DNA of 64,000 bases from an uncultured Rhizobium sp. (GCA_964527775.1 CAZGQS010000009.1:3416-67415), one strand, 5' to 3'; positions 45,037 through 56,404 are shown, counted from the first letter of the stretch. The notes: a model not told the origin generated them from the letters alone. Made by a program: numbers and translations.

Positions 45037-47031
45037 ATGAATTCCAATAATCCACCAAACGCTTTAATTGCTTGTAAAAGCCCCTACCTCCAACAACACG
45101 CATACAATCCAGTTGAATGGCAGCCCTGGGCAGAAAGCGCGTGGACACAGGCAAAGAGTCAGAACAAGTTGGTTCTGGTGAGCATTGGCTATAGCACCTG
45201 TCATTGGTGCCATGTGATGGAAAGAGAAAGTTTCGAAGATCATCAAACCGCCGAAATCATGAATCTGGCCTTGATAAATATCAAAGTAGACCGAGAGGAA
45301 CGACCCGACATTGACATGGTCTATATGGATGCTTGCCAATTGATGACGGGCAGAGGGGGTTGGCCACTTAATGTAATTTGTCTTCCTGACGGACGGCCCA
45401 TTTATGCGGGTACGTATTTCCAAAAACCGCAATGGCAACAGATTGTCTTACAATTATCTACTCAGTACCAAAGCGATCCTGATAAGTTTTTGGAATATGC
45501 CGAAAAGTTCATGGAGGAATTGAATAAGATGAATGCTCAACCCAAAGTTTTAGGAGATTTGCAAATTTCCAAAATGATGGCCGGCGAAATTTTCGCAAAA
45601 TACGCAGAAGATATTGATTGGGAAGAAGGTGCGAAAAAACGTGCTCCGAAATTCCCAGTTCCCATACAATTTGAATATACGTTTGATTATTTTTTGGCAT
45701 CGAATGATCCTACCGCCAAAGATTATTTGCAACTAAGCTTACTTAAAATGGCCAATGGCGGCATTTATGATCATGTTAGAGGGGGCTTTTACCGTTACAG
45801 CACCGATGCAAAATGGTTTGCTCCCCATTTTGAAAAGATGCTATATGACAATGCTCAGCTGATTGGATTATACTCTAGGGCATTTGCTTGGAGTCAAGCC
45901 GATATTTTCAAACAAGTGGCTGAACAAACCATCGATTTTTGCATCCGCGAGCTGAAAAATCCTCAAGGCGGATTTTACTCTGGGTTGGATGCTGATTCCG
46001 ATGGAATTGAAGGAAGATACTACACCTTTACGTCCCAAGAATTAAAAGAAATCCTCAACGCGAAAGAATTGGAATGGCTCACGCATTGGTCTGATATTAG
46101 GGAGGACGGCAATTGGGAGCACGATCTGAATATCATTCACGTGAATAAGGCTCCTTTACAGGTGCTTGAGGATGTGAAAATTTCGGCGGAAGAATTTCAC
46201 ACACTGAAGTTTTCGGTTTTGGGTAAATTATTCAATGCACAGGTCACTAGAAACAGACCCTCATTAGACTATAAAATCATTGCCTCTTGGAATGGTTTGA
46301 TGCTAAAGGGACTTTGTCAAGCGGGTAAATTCTTGAATGCTCAATACATTCAAGAAGCCGTTGAATTGGGTAGTTGGATCAAGGATACCCTCATAAAAGA
46401 CAACATCATTTATCGCATTCACGCTCAAGGCGAAACCTATACCGAAGGCTTTTTAGAAGATTATGCATCGGTATCATTAGGATTTATTGAACTATACAAA
46501 ACCACCCTTGACGCAAAATGGTTAACCATCGCCAAAGAATTGGCTGATCGTGCAGTTGAATTGTTTTACAATAAAGATCAAGGTACATTCAGTTTCACAT
46601 CTTCGGAAGCAGAAAAATTGATCATCAAAAAATCTGATTCTACTGATGATGTTATTCCAGGTAGCAATACGTTGATGGCCGAAGTTTTGTATTTTTTGTT
46701 TACTCATACTTCAAACCTTGAATACAAAGGAATTTTTGATACCCTGATTAAGCCTATGGCTCAGCACATTGAAAAATTTCCTGGTTGGTATAGCGGTTGG
46801 GCAAGATTACACAATATGTTGACCTACGGAGATGCGCACATCATCATTAGGGGCAACTTAAGCATTCCGAGTCAAGATCAGTTGGCCCATTACCCTTCTT
46901 GGATGAGCATTACAAAAGAAAACAGCGGCCAAGAGGGATATTACATCTGCTCTGGTGACCGCTGTTTTGAACCTGTTCAAACGTGGGAACAAGTAGAAGA
47001 ATTACTGGATGAACTCTTCAGTATTGATTGA
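45037..47031 (+). CDS. Thioredoxin-domain protein of the DUF255/YyaL family (N-acyl-glucosamine-epimerase-like fold)
   Basis: [17 protein letters not shown] and [16 protein letters not shown] (thioredoxin-like CxxC). The start is chosen at MNSNNPP; the ORF extends to 44890. Confidence 0.85.
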   Translation: MNSNNPPNALIACKSPYLQQHAYNPVEWQPWAESAWTQAKSQNKLVLVSIGYSTCHWCHVMERESFEDHQTAEIMNLALINIKVDREERPDIDMVYMDACQLMTGRGGWPLNVICLPDGRPIYAGTYFQKPQWQQIVLQLSTQYQSDPDKFLEYAEKFMEELNKMNAQPKVLGDLQISKMMAGEIFAKYAEDIDWEEGAKKRAPKFPVPIQFEYTFDYFLASNDPTAKDYLQLSLLKMANGGIYDHVRGGFYRYSTDAKWFAPHFEKMLYDNAQLIGLYSRAFAWSQADIFKQVAEQTIDFCIRELKNPQGGFYSGLDADSDGIEGRYYTFTSQELKEILNAKELEWLTHWSDIREDGNWEHDLNIIHVNKAPLQVLEDVKISAEEFHTLKFSVLGKLFNAQVTRNRPSLDYKIIASWNGLMLKGLCQAGKFLNAQYIQEAVELGSWIKDTLIKDNIIYRIHAQGETYTEGFLEDYASVSLGFIELYKTTLDAKWLTIAKELADRAVELFYNKDQGTFSFTSSEAEKLIIKKSDSTDDVIPGSNTLMAEVLYFLFTHTSNLEYKGIFDTLIKPMAQHIEKFPGWYSGWARLHNMLTYGDAHIIIRGNLSIPSQDQLAHYPSWMSITKENSGQEGYYICSGDRCFEPVQTWEQVEELLDELFSID

Positions 47032-48429
47032 TTACAAAGCTTTTACTTCGTTGACTAACTTTTGAAGGCTGTCTTTAGCATCGCCAAACAACATTCCACA
47101 TTTAGGGTCAAAGAACAGGGCATTTTCAATGCCCGCGTAACCTGACTTCATGCTTCGCTTTAGTACCACAATTTGCTTTGCATTGTCTACATCTAATATG
47201 GGCATGCCGTAAATGGGGCTGGTAGGATCGTTTTTAGCAGCTGGATTAACTACGTCATTTGCACCTACAACCAAAACAACATCGGTGGTGGTAAACTCTG
47301 GATTGATCTCTTCCATTTCTATCAATTTATCATACTCCACGTTACTTTCAGCCAGCAATACATTCATGTGTCCTGGCATACGTCCTGCAACAGGGTGAAT
47401 AGCATATTTCACATCCACACCTTCTTCTAAGAGGATGTTTTCCAATTCGTGACAAACGTGTTGTGCTTGTGCTACCGCTAAACCATAACCTGGAACAATC
47501 ACCACTTTTTGAGCGTATTTCATCATGATAGCCACGTCAGTAGCTTGAACTTCGCGAACGCTTCCTGTAACTGCAGCACCCGAAGAACCAGAACTTGAAC
47601 CAGCCATACCAATAAGCACGTTTGTTAAAGATCTGTTCATGGCTTTACACATCACCACGGTTAAAATAGTACCCGCTGATCCAACCAATACTCCGCCCAT
47701 CAACATGACGTTGTTGTCGTATAAAAATCCGCCGCAGGCGGCCGCAACACCAGTAAATGAATTCAACAAAGAAATCACCACAGGCATATCTGCTCCACCA
47801 ATAGGGAATACAAATAGTAATCCATAAAAAATGGCTACTCCCATGGTGAGATAAAAGAAAGGCAAAGATCCATGTCCGCCGTTAACAATAGCCTCTAAAT
47901 AGGTTACAGCTGCTGCTCCAATGATAGCAAACAAAACAATGGCATTGATGTATTGTTGTCCCGCGAAGCGGAAATCACCAATTTTACCATTCAATTTACC
48001 CCAAGCAACAATACTTCCAACGAATGACACGGTACCAATAATCAGACCGGCAATGATGGGAATGAACATTCCTAAAGAGACTCCCGGTTCAATGTGTTGC
48101 CATTCTATGATGGATATCAATGCAGCGGCCAATCCTCCCATTCCGTTGAACAGAGAAACCATTTCAGGCATGGCGGTCATTTGAACACGCTTAGCCATCA
48201 AGGTTCCAACTACGGTTCCCAAGAGAATGGCACCCATGATGAGCCCAAAATTTGGAATGAGATAAAAGCCATTTTCGCCAATGAATAGGGTACCAATCAC
48301 GGCTACCGCCATACCGAAAGCTGCAACTAAGTTACCTTTTCGGGCAGAATCGGCCTTACCCATCATTTTTAAGCCTACCACGAATCCAACAGATCCAATG
48401 AGATAAGCAATTTCTTGTAAGTGATTCAT
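47032..48429 (-). CDS. pntB: NAD(P) transhydrogenase subunit beta
   Basis: Multi-TM N-terminus and the C-terminal NADP(H) domain VVIVPGYGLAVAQAQH...GMPILDV; 465 aa. Confidence 0.9.
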   Translation of the reverse strand: MNHLQEIAYLIGSVGFVVGLKMMGKADSARKGNLVAAFGMAVAVIGTLFIGENGFYLIPNFGLIMGAILLGTVVGTLMAKRVQMTAMPEMVSLFNGMGGLAAALISIIEWQHIEPGVSLGMFIPIIAGLIIGTVSFVGSIVAWGKLNGKIGDFRFAGQQYINAIVLFAIIGAAAVTYLEAIVNGGHGSLPFFYLTMGVAIFYGLLFVFPIGGADMPVVISLLNSFTGVAAACGGFLYDNNVMLMGGVLVGSAGTILTVVMCKAMNRSLTNVLIGMAGSSSGSSGAAVTGSVREVQATDVAIMMKYAQKVVIVPGYGLAVAQAQHVCHELENILLEEGVDVKYAIHPVAGRMPGHMNVLLAESNVEYDKLIEMEEINPEFTTTDVVLVVGANDVVNPAAKNDPTSPIYGMPILDVDNAKQIVVLKRSMKSGYAGIENALFFDPKCGMLFGDAKDSLQKLVNEVKAL

Positions 48430-48432
48430 GGA

Positions 48433-48747
48433 TTATTTCTTAGGCTTCTTTTTAAACATTTCCAACATGCGATCAGTCACTACAAAGCCACCAATTACGT
48501 TAAGGGTTCCTACTAAAACTCCTACAAATCCGACGATCAATGAAAAATAATCGTCAGGCGCTGAATGTCCAAGTACAATAATAGCTCCAATCAATACCAC
48601 ACCGTGAATGGCGTTTGCGCCGCTCATCAAAGGGGTGTGAAGCACCGAAGGAACATGAGAAATCAATTCAATTCCCACAAAAACCATCAAAATAATGAGG
48701 TAGATATAGGAGATATTTTGTCCAATAAATTCAATAATGCTGTTCAT
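48433..48747 (-). CDS. pntAB: NAD(P) transhydrogenase subunit alpha, part 2 (membrane segment)
   Basis: A 104-aa hydrophobic protein lying between pntAA and pntB. Confidence 0.8.
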   Translation of the reverse strand: MNSIIEFIGQNISYIYLIILMVFVGIELISHVPSVLHTPLMSGANAIHGVVLIGAIIVLGHSAPDDYFSLIVGFVGVLVGTLNVIGGFVVTDRMLEMFKKKPKK

Positions 48748-48751
48748 AAAA

Positions 48752-49837
48752 TTAAGATTGATGAGCGATTAGACATCCTTGAACAATTTCATCTTCAAGG
48801 TTAAATTCTATGGTTCCTTTCGGACCAACGAGTTTGAGCAATTCCCAGATGTTTCGAGCGAAAAGCTCAGATGCATTTGAACTTAAGCTTGATGGCAAAT
48901 TCACAGAACCAATGATTTTTACGCCATTGTGAACGTAAATTTCATTTGCCTTGGTTTGAGCGCAATTTCCGCCTTGTTCTGCAGCCATATCTACAATGAT
49001 ACTGCCGTTTTTCATGAGAGCCAATTGCTCATCATCTATAAGAATTGGTGCTTTTTTTCCGGGGACTAAAGCCGTTGTAATGACCAAATCAGCCTGAGCC
49101 AATGATTTATTAACAGCCTCTCGCTGAGCTTTTCTGTATTCATCGGATGCTTCTTTTGCGTAGCCGCCTTCGCTTCCTACTTCAACGCCTTTCACCTCAA
49201 TGAATTTCCCTCCCAAAGATTGAACTTGTTCTTTGGTTTCAGGACGGACGTCTGTTGCTTCAACCACCGCTCCCAATCTCTTGGCTGTTGCTATGGCTTG
49301 AAGTCCCGCTACACCCACACCAAAAATCAACACTTTAGCAGGTGTTACTGTTCCAGCAGCAGTCATCAAAAGCGGAAAAATTTTATCTAAATGATAGGCT
49401 CCTTCAATCACAGCTCTGTAACCAGCCAAGTTAGCTTGAGATGAGAGCACGTCCATAGATTGAGCTCTGGAGATTCGGGGAATTGCATCTAAAGAAAAAA
49501 CAGACCATTTTTTGGCCTGCAATTTTTCTACCAACTCGGTGTTTGAGCGGTGATACACATTTGAAATCCAAATTTTATTGTCTGGAAGTTCATTCATGAT
49601 TTCGGCGGTAGGCACATTGATTTGAATGTACACATCTGCCGATTTTAATTCATTGAAGGGCTTGACACTTGCACCCACTGAGGTGTAAGATTCATCGGTA
49701 AAGTGGGCAGGCGCGCCGGCGCCATTTTCTACCCAAACCTCAAAACCCATTTTCAGAAGATTAGCGGCTACGGTTGGTGTCATTGACACTCGGTTTTCAG
49801 CTTCTCTTCTTTCTTTAAAAACTGCTATTATCATGGG
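48752..49837 (-). CDS. pntAA: NAD(P) transhydrogenase subunit alpha, part 1 (alanine dehydrogenase/PNT domain)
   Basis: GVGVAGLQAIATAKRLGAVV is the NAD-binding Rossmann motif. The start is chosen at MIIAVFKE; the ORF extends to 49888. Confidence 0.9.
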   Translation of the reverse strand, partial: PMIIAVFKERREAENRVSMTPTVAANLLKMGFEVWVENGAGAPAHFTDESYTSVGASVKPFNELKSADVYIQINVPTAEIMNELPDNKIWISNVYHRSNTELVEKLQAKKWSVFSLDAIPRISRAQSMDVLSSQANLAGYRAVIEGAYHLDKIFPLLMTAAGTVTPAKVLIFGVGVAGLQAIATAKRLGAVVEATDVRPETKEQVQSLGGKFIEVKGVEVGSEGGYAKEASDEYRKAQREAVNKSLAQADLVITTALVPGKKAPILIDDEQLALMKNGSIIVDMAAEQGGNCAQTKANEIYVHNGVKIIGSVNLPSSLSSNASELFARNIWELLKLVGPKGTIEFNLEDEIVQGCLIAHQS

Positions 49838-49842
49838 GTAAT

Positions 49843-50925
49843 TTAATCTTTTACGAATCGCAACGCACCACCCCAAATTTGCATCCAATAAAGTCCAGAT
49901 GGCAAATTTTCTATGGAATAAGAGTTGTAATTTTCTTCCGTCATTGGCAATCTCTTCAACATGAATGATTGTCCAACGCTATTAAAAACAGGAAGTTCTT
50001 CTGGAGCAACAAAAGGTACAAATGTAGGCACCAAACAAGAAATAGTAATTTTATCAGATGACGGATTGGGATGAACAGCCATTGTTTTTGACGTAAAATC
50101 TTCTACACCCAAAGGATTAAATCCTCCGCTGCTCAGTCCGTTATATTTATCTCTAAATCTCACTTGGTTTGGCACAAATTGACTGGTTGGACTCAACTGA
50201 CCAGAAACTTCCATTACAGGAATCTTTTCTGAAGTTGCAAGCCATTGATAGATGATTTGTTTGCGGGGGAAACCTTGTTTAAAAAATTGAGTCTCTATGG
50301 TATCTGTTCCGTCTACAAATGTTCTCACCCGTATAACATCGGTATATTCTTTATAAGGCGTTTTGATACTGCCCCAAGCATCAACCACATTGGTTCTTTT
50401 ACCTGCTTGTTTAAAACTAAAGAGTTGTTGACCCGGAATGGCAAACGTAAACTTGTAAGTACTTACATCTGAGTCATTGTACTGCAATGGAAATTGGTAA
50501 ATTTCATCTTCGTCTTCATACATGCTCGCCAAAGGAATACCAGTGTATGAATAACCCAATCCTTCTGCTTTAAACACAGAATTTGACGCAGTATAAAATG
50601 AGTAGACATTGGTAAATGTAATGGGACCTCCACCAATGGTATCAGCTGTTTTCAAACCCGTTTGCCCAAAGAAATAAAAAGCATAAGGGGTTTTAGCTGC
50701 GCTCTGATATTGTCTTAACTCTGAAGTTTGAGCCTCTAATTTGGAAAAATCCCAAGATTGACTTGCTCCACTTTTCATCCAACCCGATGGCAAGTCAGTT
50801 GCCAAAGCGGTAGAAAAACGAATGGTATCTCCAGCGGCTGGCATGGAGGATTTTGATATGGTAATTTGGCCTTTTGCGACGCTCATCAAACCCAACAACA
50901 GCCAAAGCATGGAGTGTTTTTTCAT
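49843..50925 (-). CDS. Hypothetical secreted protein with a probable T9SS C-terminal sorting domain
   Basis: Signal peptide MKKHSMLWLLLGLMSVAKG; beta-rich; C-terminal ...SGLYWMQIWGGALRFVKD. Confidence 0.45.
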   Translation of the reverse strand: MKKHSMLWLLLGLMSVAKGQITISKSSMPAAGDTIRFSTALATDLPSGWMKSGASQSWDFSKLEAQTSELRQYQSAAKTPYAFYFFGQTGLKTADTIGGGPITFTNVYSFYTASNSVFKAEGLGYSYTGIPLASMYEDEDEIYQFPLQYNDSDVSTYKFTFAIPGQQLFSFKQAGKRTNVVDAWGSIKTPYKEYTDVIRVRTFVDGTDTIETQFFKQGFPRKQIIYQWLATSEKIPVMEVSGQLSPTSQFVPNQVRFRDKYNGLSSGGFNPLGVEDFTSKTMAVHPNPSSDKITISCLVPTFVPFVAPEELPVFNSVGQSFMLKRLPMTEENYNSYSIENLPSGLYWMQIWGGALRFVKD

Positions 50926-50981
50926 ATTAATTCAAAGATAGTTATAAAACATCATAAAAAAATGCCGATTTTTGCAGTTCT

Positions 50982-52694
50982 ATGGAAATTCGGTGGACTG
51001 CAAAATCACTTCCCAATCAAGAAATTGTAGCTCGGCTTTCCAAGGAATTGAACGTTTCTGAGCCTATGGCAACCATCTTGGTGCAACGCGAAATTGACAC
51101 CTTTGACAAGGCCAAAAACTTCTTCCGACCAGCCCTGAGCGAATTGCATGATCCTTATTTAATGAAGGACATGGAATTGGCATATAGACGCATTAAAGAT
51201 GCCATAAAAGCCCAAGAATCTCTCATGGTTTACGGCGATTATGACGTTGACGGTACTACAGCCGTAAGCCTAGTCTATTCATACTTTAAAACACTCAATC
51301 AAAACATTGAGTACTATATTCCTGATCGTTACAAAGAAGGTTACGGAATCTCTAAAATGGGAATTGACCATGCCAAAACCAATGGCGTGACTCTAATCAT
51401 TGCTCTTGATTGTGGAATCCGTTCGAACGAATTGGTTGATTATGCAAAATCCATAGGCATTGATTTCATCATTTGTGATCACCACCTTCCTGGTGCTGAG
51501 TTGCCCAATGCCGTTGCCATCCTCAATCCCAAAAGAAAAGATTGTGATTACCCCTATAAAGAACTTTCTGGTGCCGGAATTGGCTTCAAACTCCTTCAGG
51601 GTTACTCCAAGCGCGAAGGCTTCTCTGAAGACAAAGCCATGGAGTACATTGACCTTGTGGCTGTGAGTATTGCCGCCGACATGGTAGATATGAGAGGTGA
51701 AAATAGAATTCTTGCTTACTACGGACTTAAAAAGCTCAATGAAAATCCGTCCTTAGGTTTGCAAGCACTCATGGATGGAGGCCCTAAAAAACAGTCCTAC
51801 AGCATTCAAGACATCGTCTTCGGAATTGGACCTAAAATCAATGCAGCAGGTCGAATTTCAGATGCCAAAGCCGCTGTAAGAGTCCTCATCGAAACAGAAT
51901 ACACCAAAGCCATGCAATTGTCGCGCGTGTTAAACGACCGCAACGATGAACGCAAAGAACTAGATACCGATATTACAAAAACGGCCATTGAATTGATCAA
52001 TTCGCATCCAGACATGGCCAACCGCAGAAGTGTGGTCATTAAAGGTGATGAATGGCATAAAGGCGTGATTGGAATTGTTGCAAGCCGAATGGTTGAGCAA
52101 TATTACAAACCCACCATTGTGTTTTCACTCAATGACGGTATGCTAACAGGCTCTGCCCGCAGTGTTAAGAATTTTGACATCCACGAAGCCATCACTCAAT
52201 GTTCTGATTTGGTTGAGCAGTTCGGGGGACATAAATACGCCGCGGGATTGAGCTTAAAGGCTGAAAATTTCGATGCATTCGTTGAAAAATTTGAGGCGCT
52301 AGTTGCTCGTGATATTCTAAATACATCTTTAACCCCAGAAGTAGAATACGATTTAGAAATTGACATTGATAGCATAACTCCGAATATGATGAAGCTCATT
52401 GGGCAAATGTCGCCGTTCGGACCAGGAAACCCCCAGCCTATCTTCATGTCTCAACGACTTAAATCGAATAACAGTCCACGAATATTAAAGGACAAGCATC
52501 TGAAATTACAGCTTCAACAAAATAATAGCCGTTTCATGATTGATGGAATAGGATTTGGTTTGGCTGAGCAATTACCCATAGTAACCAATGGTGCCATATT
52601 TGATGCATGTTATTGCATTGAGGAGAACTTCTACAACGGACAAGTTAAGCTTCAGTTGCGTTTGCGCGACTTAAGAAATACTCGCACATCGTAA
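50982..52694 (+). CDS. recJ: Single-stranded-DNA-specific exonuclease RecJ
   Basis: DHH motifs VYGDYDVDGTT, IALDCG and ICDHH, followed by a DHHA1 region GGHKYAAGL. Confidence 0.9.
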   Translation: MEIRWTAKSLPNQEIVARLSKELNVSEPMATILVQREIDTFDKAKNFFRPALSELHDPYLMKDMELAYRRIKDAIKAQESLMVYGDYDVDGTTAVSLVYSYFKTLNQNIEYYIPDRYKEGYGISKMGIDHAKTNGVTLIIALDCGIRSNELVDYAKSIGIDFIICDHHLPGAELPNAVAILNPKRKDCDYPYKELSGAGIGFKLLQGYSKREGFSEDKAMEYIDLVAVSIAADMVDMRGENRILAYYGLKKLNENPSLGLQALMDGGPKKQSYSIQDIVFGIGPKINAAGRISDAKAAVRVLIETEYTKAMQLSRVLNDRNDERKELDTDITKTAIELINSHPDMANRRSVVIKGDEWHKGVIGIVASRMVEQYYKPTIVFSLNDGMLTGSARSVKNFDIHEAITQCSDLVEQFGGHKYAAGLSLKAENFDAFVEKFEALVARDILNTSLTPEVEYDLEIDIDSITPNMMKLIGQMSPFGPGNPQPIFMSQRLKSNNSPRILKDKHLKLQLQQNNSRFMIDGIGFGLAEQLPIVTNGAIFDACYCIEENFYNGQVKLQLRLRDLRNTRTS

Positions 52695-54163
52695 ATAGAA
52701 TCTTTTTCAGACGGGAAATAAGCTATTTCCTTATACCCTTCTAGGGCTCTCATATCATTCAATGGCATGGGTGCATCTCTGCGGGCATGGAAATTATCCC
52801 AAATAACTACTAAAGAGTCGGGCAACCAGTCATAACCGGTCCTCTTATCTATACTCCAAATGTAAAACGTGGAGGCGTCATTAAGGTTGCTTGCATCAAA
52901 AAATGGATCGAGATCGCGTTTAACATTGATTTGCGGAATTTGATGAACCAAAGGCAACTTCTTATAGCCTGCAGAATCAATGAAACTAAATGCTTTTTCC
53001 AGGTTTTTATTGCCAGGAAACCCTTCAATTGGGGATAGACTATTCCATTTCCAAGGATAAGGCATTTGAGCACCTGGAAATGCAATAAAAAAACAACCCA
53101 ACGAGGTTAAAACTTTTAATGAAATATTGATGAATCTTACATCGTAAGACATCATTCTATGAATGGAAAATTGAGCAATCAATGCTGATACAGGAGCGAC
53201 AGCCATAAAAACCCGATGTAGTCCATGCGACCCCATAGTACCTGTCCACCAGATGAAACTGTGCACAAATCCATATCCCAAGAAAAGGGGCAACCAAAGC
53301 CAGACCAATAACTGACTCATTTCGTGAGGGGTTTTATTCTGCAGGCGCTGAACAACATACTGAATGCTCAAAAACAGAGCAAAAGCCATGAGAATGGTGA
53401 TCCAAATTCCGGTAATGTAGCGTTGAGATTCAATATAATGTAAAAATGAGCCGTGCCCAGGATCAAAAACGCCTTCTTTTTCAAACTTGATGTATGGATT
53501 GTGAGTAAAGAAATAATCCCATTCCTTGGTGATTATGGCACCTAGAATAGCAAAAACCAGGGTACCTGAGAATAGCCAATATAAACTTTTCCATTGCTTG
53601 CGGGAGACAACATAGGGAACAATACAAGCAATCATGACCAACCCTTCACTTCTTACCAAGGGCAAAAAAGAAGCGACAATCAAAGCTGTTTTGAATCGAT
53701 GGGAAGCAAACAAATACAAAATCACACTCAGAACGAGAGCGTTTGTTGGTTCGGTAAGTGCTGAATATACATTTGCCAGAACAACAGGCTGTAAACCGAC
53801 GAGAAGTACTAACGTCCATGGGTTTCTCATACCTAGTTTACGGCCGGTAAGATAGGTCATCCAAGCAGCCCCAAGGGTAGCAACCATATTTAATGCATAT
53901 ACAGCGTCAATAGATATTTGAGCAAATGGAGCGGCAAGAATGGTAAAAAACGGTTTTGCCCACAAATCGAGCATGAGCTCAGGGTGTTTAAAACACCAGC
54001 GCGCAAATAAATAGTGATTCCAAGAATCTTGTCCACCTGCTGGATCTTCAGCGGTAAAGGCAACACCCAAGTAAACCAACGTTATTCCCAGTAAGGCAAC
54101 AATGGCTGCACTGGAATTTCTGCGGACTTTAAAAAAGTTTGACCACAAAGTTTTTTGGGACAT
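52652..54163 (-). CDS. Polytopic membrane protein, putative glycosyltransferase (ArnT/PMT-like family 39/83-type)
   Basis: At least 10 predicted TM helices and an N-terminal FARWCF...DLWAKPFF pattern; weakly supported. Confidence 0.35.
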   Translation of the reverse strand: MSQKTLWSNFFKVRRNSSAAIVALLGITLVYLGVAFTAEDPAGGQDSWNHYLFARWCFKHPELMLDLWAKPFFTILAAPFAQISIDAVYALNMVATLGAAWMTYLTGRKLGMRNPWTLVLLVGLQPVVLANVYSALTEPTNALVLSVILYLFASHRFKTALIVASFLPLVRSEGLVMIACIVPYVVSRKQWKSLYWLFSGTLVFAILGAIITKEWDYFFTHNPYIKFEKEGVFDPGHGSFLHYIESQRYITGIWITILMAFALFLSIQYVVQRLQNKTPHEMSQLLVWLWLPLFLGYGFVHSFIWWTGTMGSHGLHRVFMAVAPVSALIAQFSIHRMMSYDVRFINISLKVLTSLGCFFIAFPGAQMPYPWKWNSLSPIEGFPGNKNLEKAFSFIDSAGYKKLPLVHQIPQINVKRDLDPFFDASNLNDASTFYIWSIDKRTGYDWLPDSLVVIWDNFHARRDAPMPLNDMRALEGYKEIAYFPSEKDSIYDVRVFLKSRKRN

Positions 54164-54169
54164 AAGGCG

Positions 54170-54200
54170 AAAATAAAAGAAAAGCCCCGAATTCGGGGCT
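54170..54200 (-). terminator. Rho-independent terminator downstream of the leucine dehydrogenase gene
   Basis: The perfect palindrome GCCCCGAATTCGGGGC (54184-54199) is followed, on the minus strand, by a T-rich run (TCTTTTATTTT). Confidence 0.5.
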
Positions 54201-54232
54201 TTTTATAAAATTAAAATGTGTGTAATTTTAAA

Positions 54233-55351
54233 TTAATAAGTGCTCTTCACCAACATCATATCATTGATGCGCTTTTCAGCGTGCTTAATAGCTGCAATTT
54301 GGTTATTGATATTGTGATCAACGGCCATTTTATTGATATCAAGAATGGTTTGGTAAATGTTTTCTGTTTGTGCCAAGGCTCTCTCTCTAACATACCCAGT
54401 ATATTCAGAGTAAACGTTGATAAGTCCGCCAGAATTAATCACAAAATCAGGAGCATAAATAATGCCCATTTCTTTCAATTTATCGCCGTGAACTTTTTCG
54501 TCTTCCAATTGGTTATTGGCAGCACCTGCAATGATTTGACACTTTAATTTTGAGATGGTATTTTCGTTCAAAATACCTCCCAAAGCACAAGGTGCAAATA
54601 CATCAACATCTAAACCAATCATATCATCAATGGAAACAACAATTGCTCCAAATTCGTTGGCAGCTTTAGCTAAAACGTCTTGGTTGATGTCGGCAACATA
54701 AAGCTTCACACCTTCTTTATGAAGATATTCCAATAAATGCCAACCCACTTTACCAATACCTAAAACGGCTACACTTTTACCTTCTAGAGAATCAGTACCG
54801 TATGCAATCTTTGCAGATGCTTTAATACCCATGTAAGTACCATAAGCAGTAACTGGAGAAGGATCTCCGCCGCCACCCATTGATTCTGGCAAACCTACAA
54901 CGTGATCTGTTTCCATTTGCACGTACTCCATATCTTTGGTGGTGGTTCCAACATCTTCAGCGGTAATGTACTTACCGTTTAAATTATTGACAAAACGACC
55001 AAATTTTCTCATCAAAGCTTCGCTTTTTTGAGTTTTTGGATCGCCAATGATCACTGCTTTTGCACCGCCCAAGTTCAAACCAGCAACGGCCGCCTTGTAG
55101 GTCATTCCGCGTGACAATCTTAAAGCGTCTCTTACGGCATCTTTTTCGTGCTCGTAATACCACATCCTCGTACCACCCAACCCAGGACCCAACACGGTAT
55201 TGTGAATAGCAATGATTGCTTTCAAACCGGTTGCGTTGTCTTGACAAAAAACGATTTGCTCGTGGTTGGTTGATTCTAATCCTGCAAATAAGTCGAACTG
55301 AGTCGCAGGTTTTGTTTCAAATTGAACGTCTGCCATTGAATTAAAGTGCAA
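54233..55351 (-). CDS. Leucine (Glu/Leu/Phe/Val family) dehydrogenase
   Basis: GGAKAVIIGDPKT, and the NAD-binding motif GIGKVGWHLLEYLHKEGVKLYVADI. Confidence 0.85.
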   Translation of the reverse strand: MHFNSMADVQFETKPATQFDLFAGLESTNHEQIVFCQDNATGLKAIIAIHNTVLGPGLGGTRMWYYEHEKDAVRDALRLSRGMTYKAAVAGLNLGGAKAVIIGDPKTQKSEALMRKFGRFVNNLNGKYITAEDVGTTTKDMEYVQMETDHVVGLPESMGGGGDPSPVTAYGTYMGIKASAKIAYGTDSLEGKSVAVLGIGKVGWHLLEYLHKEGVKLYVADINQDVLAKAANEFGAIVVSIDDMIGLDVDVFAPCALGGILNENTISKLKCQIIAGAANNQLEDEKVHGDKLKEMGIIYAPDFVINSGGLINVYSEYTGYVRERALAQTENIYQTILDINKMAVDHNINNQIAAIKHAEKRINDMMLVKSTY

Positions 55352-55404
55352 ATTTAACCTTTTTTTCTTTAAAATTATTGATTTTCAAAGTGTCAGAATG
55401 ACAC

Positions 55405-56403
55405 TTACACCCTTGATGGTATTGGTCTTGGCGCGAATTTCTTGCATTCATGGGCAATTGCGCGAATATGATCTGGGGTGGTTCCACAGCAACCTCCCAC
55501 AATATTGACCCAGCCATGACTGCACCACTCCGCAATTACGTTTGCCATTCCCTCAGGACTGTCATCGTATTCTCCAAATTCATTGGGTAACCCAGCGTTT
55601 GGATAACAACTCACAAATACTTCAGATACCCTTGAAAGTTCCTCCACATATTGACGCATTTGATCAGCGCCCAAAGCACAATTTAGTCCTACACTCAACA
55701 AATTACCGTGAGAAATGCTGTTGTAAAAGGCCTCTGTTGTTTGTCCGCTCAGCGTCCTTCCAGATGCATCGGTAATGGTGCCGCTTACCATCAATGGAAT
55801 ATCTAGTCCTCTCTCCTCTTTAATGGTATTGATTGCGTACAATGCTGCTTTGCAATTCAATGTATCGAAAACGGTTTCTACCAAAAGTAAATCCGCACCA
55901 GCATCAATCAAGGCCAAAACTTGTTCAGTATATGCTTCAACGAGTTCGTCAAAGGTTACACCTCGATAACCTGGATTGTTGACATCTGGACTTAAACTAG
56001 CGGTTTTATTGGTTGGGCCAATAGCTCCTGCGATGAAAATAGGTCTTTCACCAAACTCTTGAACGTATTCTTCCCTCGCCGCATTTGCCACTTTAACTGC
56101 TTCTACATTGAGTTCAATCACCCATTTTTGCATGTGATAATCGCCCATAGATATGGAATTGGCGTTGAACGTATTGGTTTCCAAAATATCGGCTCCCGCT
56201 TTCAAGAAATCTTTGTGAATCTCTTTAATGATTTGAGGTTGTGTTATCACCAATAAATCATTATTCCCTTTCAGAGGATGCTCATAATCGGCAAATTTCT
56301 CGCCGCGGTAATCTTCTTCTGACAGTTTGTGCTTCTGGATCATGGTGCCCATAGCACCGTCAATGATTACTATCCGTTCATTCAATAATTGATGAATACT
56401 CAT
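55405..56403 (-). CDS. Homocysteine S-methyltransferase domain protein (a stand-alone MetH N-terminal Hcy-binding module)
   Basis: It is collinear with E. coli MetH residues 1-325 and includes the exact stretch GTITDASGRTLSGQTTEAFYNS and the GGCCGTTPDHIRAI zinc site. Confidence 0.85.
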   Translation of the reverse strand: MSIHQLLNERIVIIDGAMGTMIQKHKLSEEDYRGEKFADYEHPLKGNNDLLVITQPQIIKEIHKDFLKAGADILETNTFNANSISMGDYHMQKWVIELNVEAVKVANAAREEYVQEFGERPIFIAGAIGPTNKTASLSPDVNNPGYRGVTFDELVEAYTEQVLALIDAGADLLLVETVFDTLNCKAALYAINTIKEERGLDIPLMVSGTITDASGRTLSGQTTEAFYNSISHGNLLSVGLNCALGADQMRQYVEELSRVSEVFVSCYPNAGLPNEFGEYDDSPEGMANVIAEWCSHGWVNIVGGCCGTTPDHIRAIAHECKKFAPRPIPSRV

Positions 56404-56404
56404 G

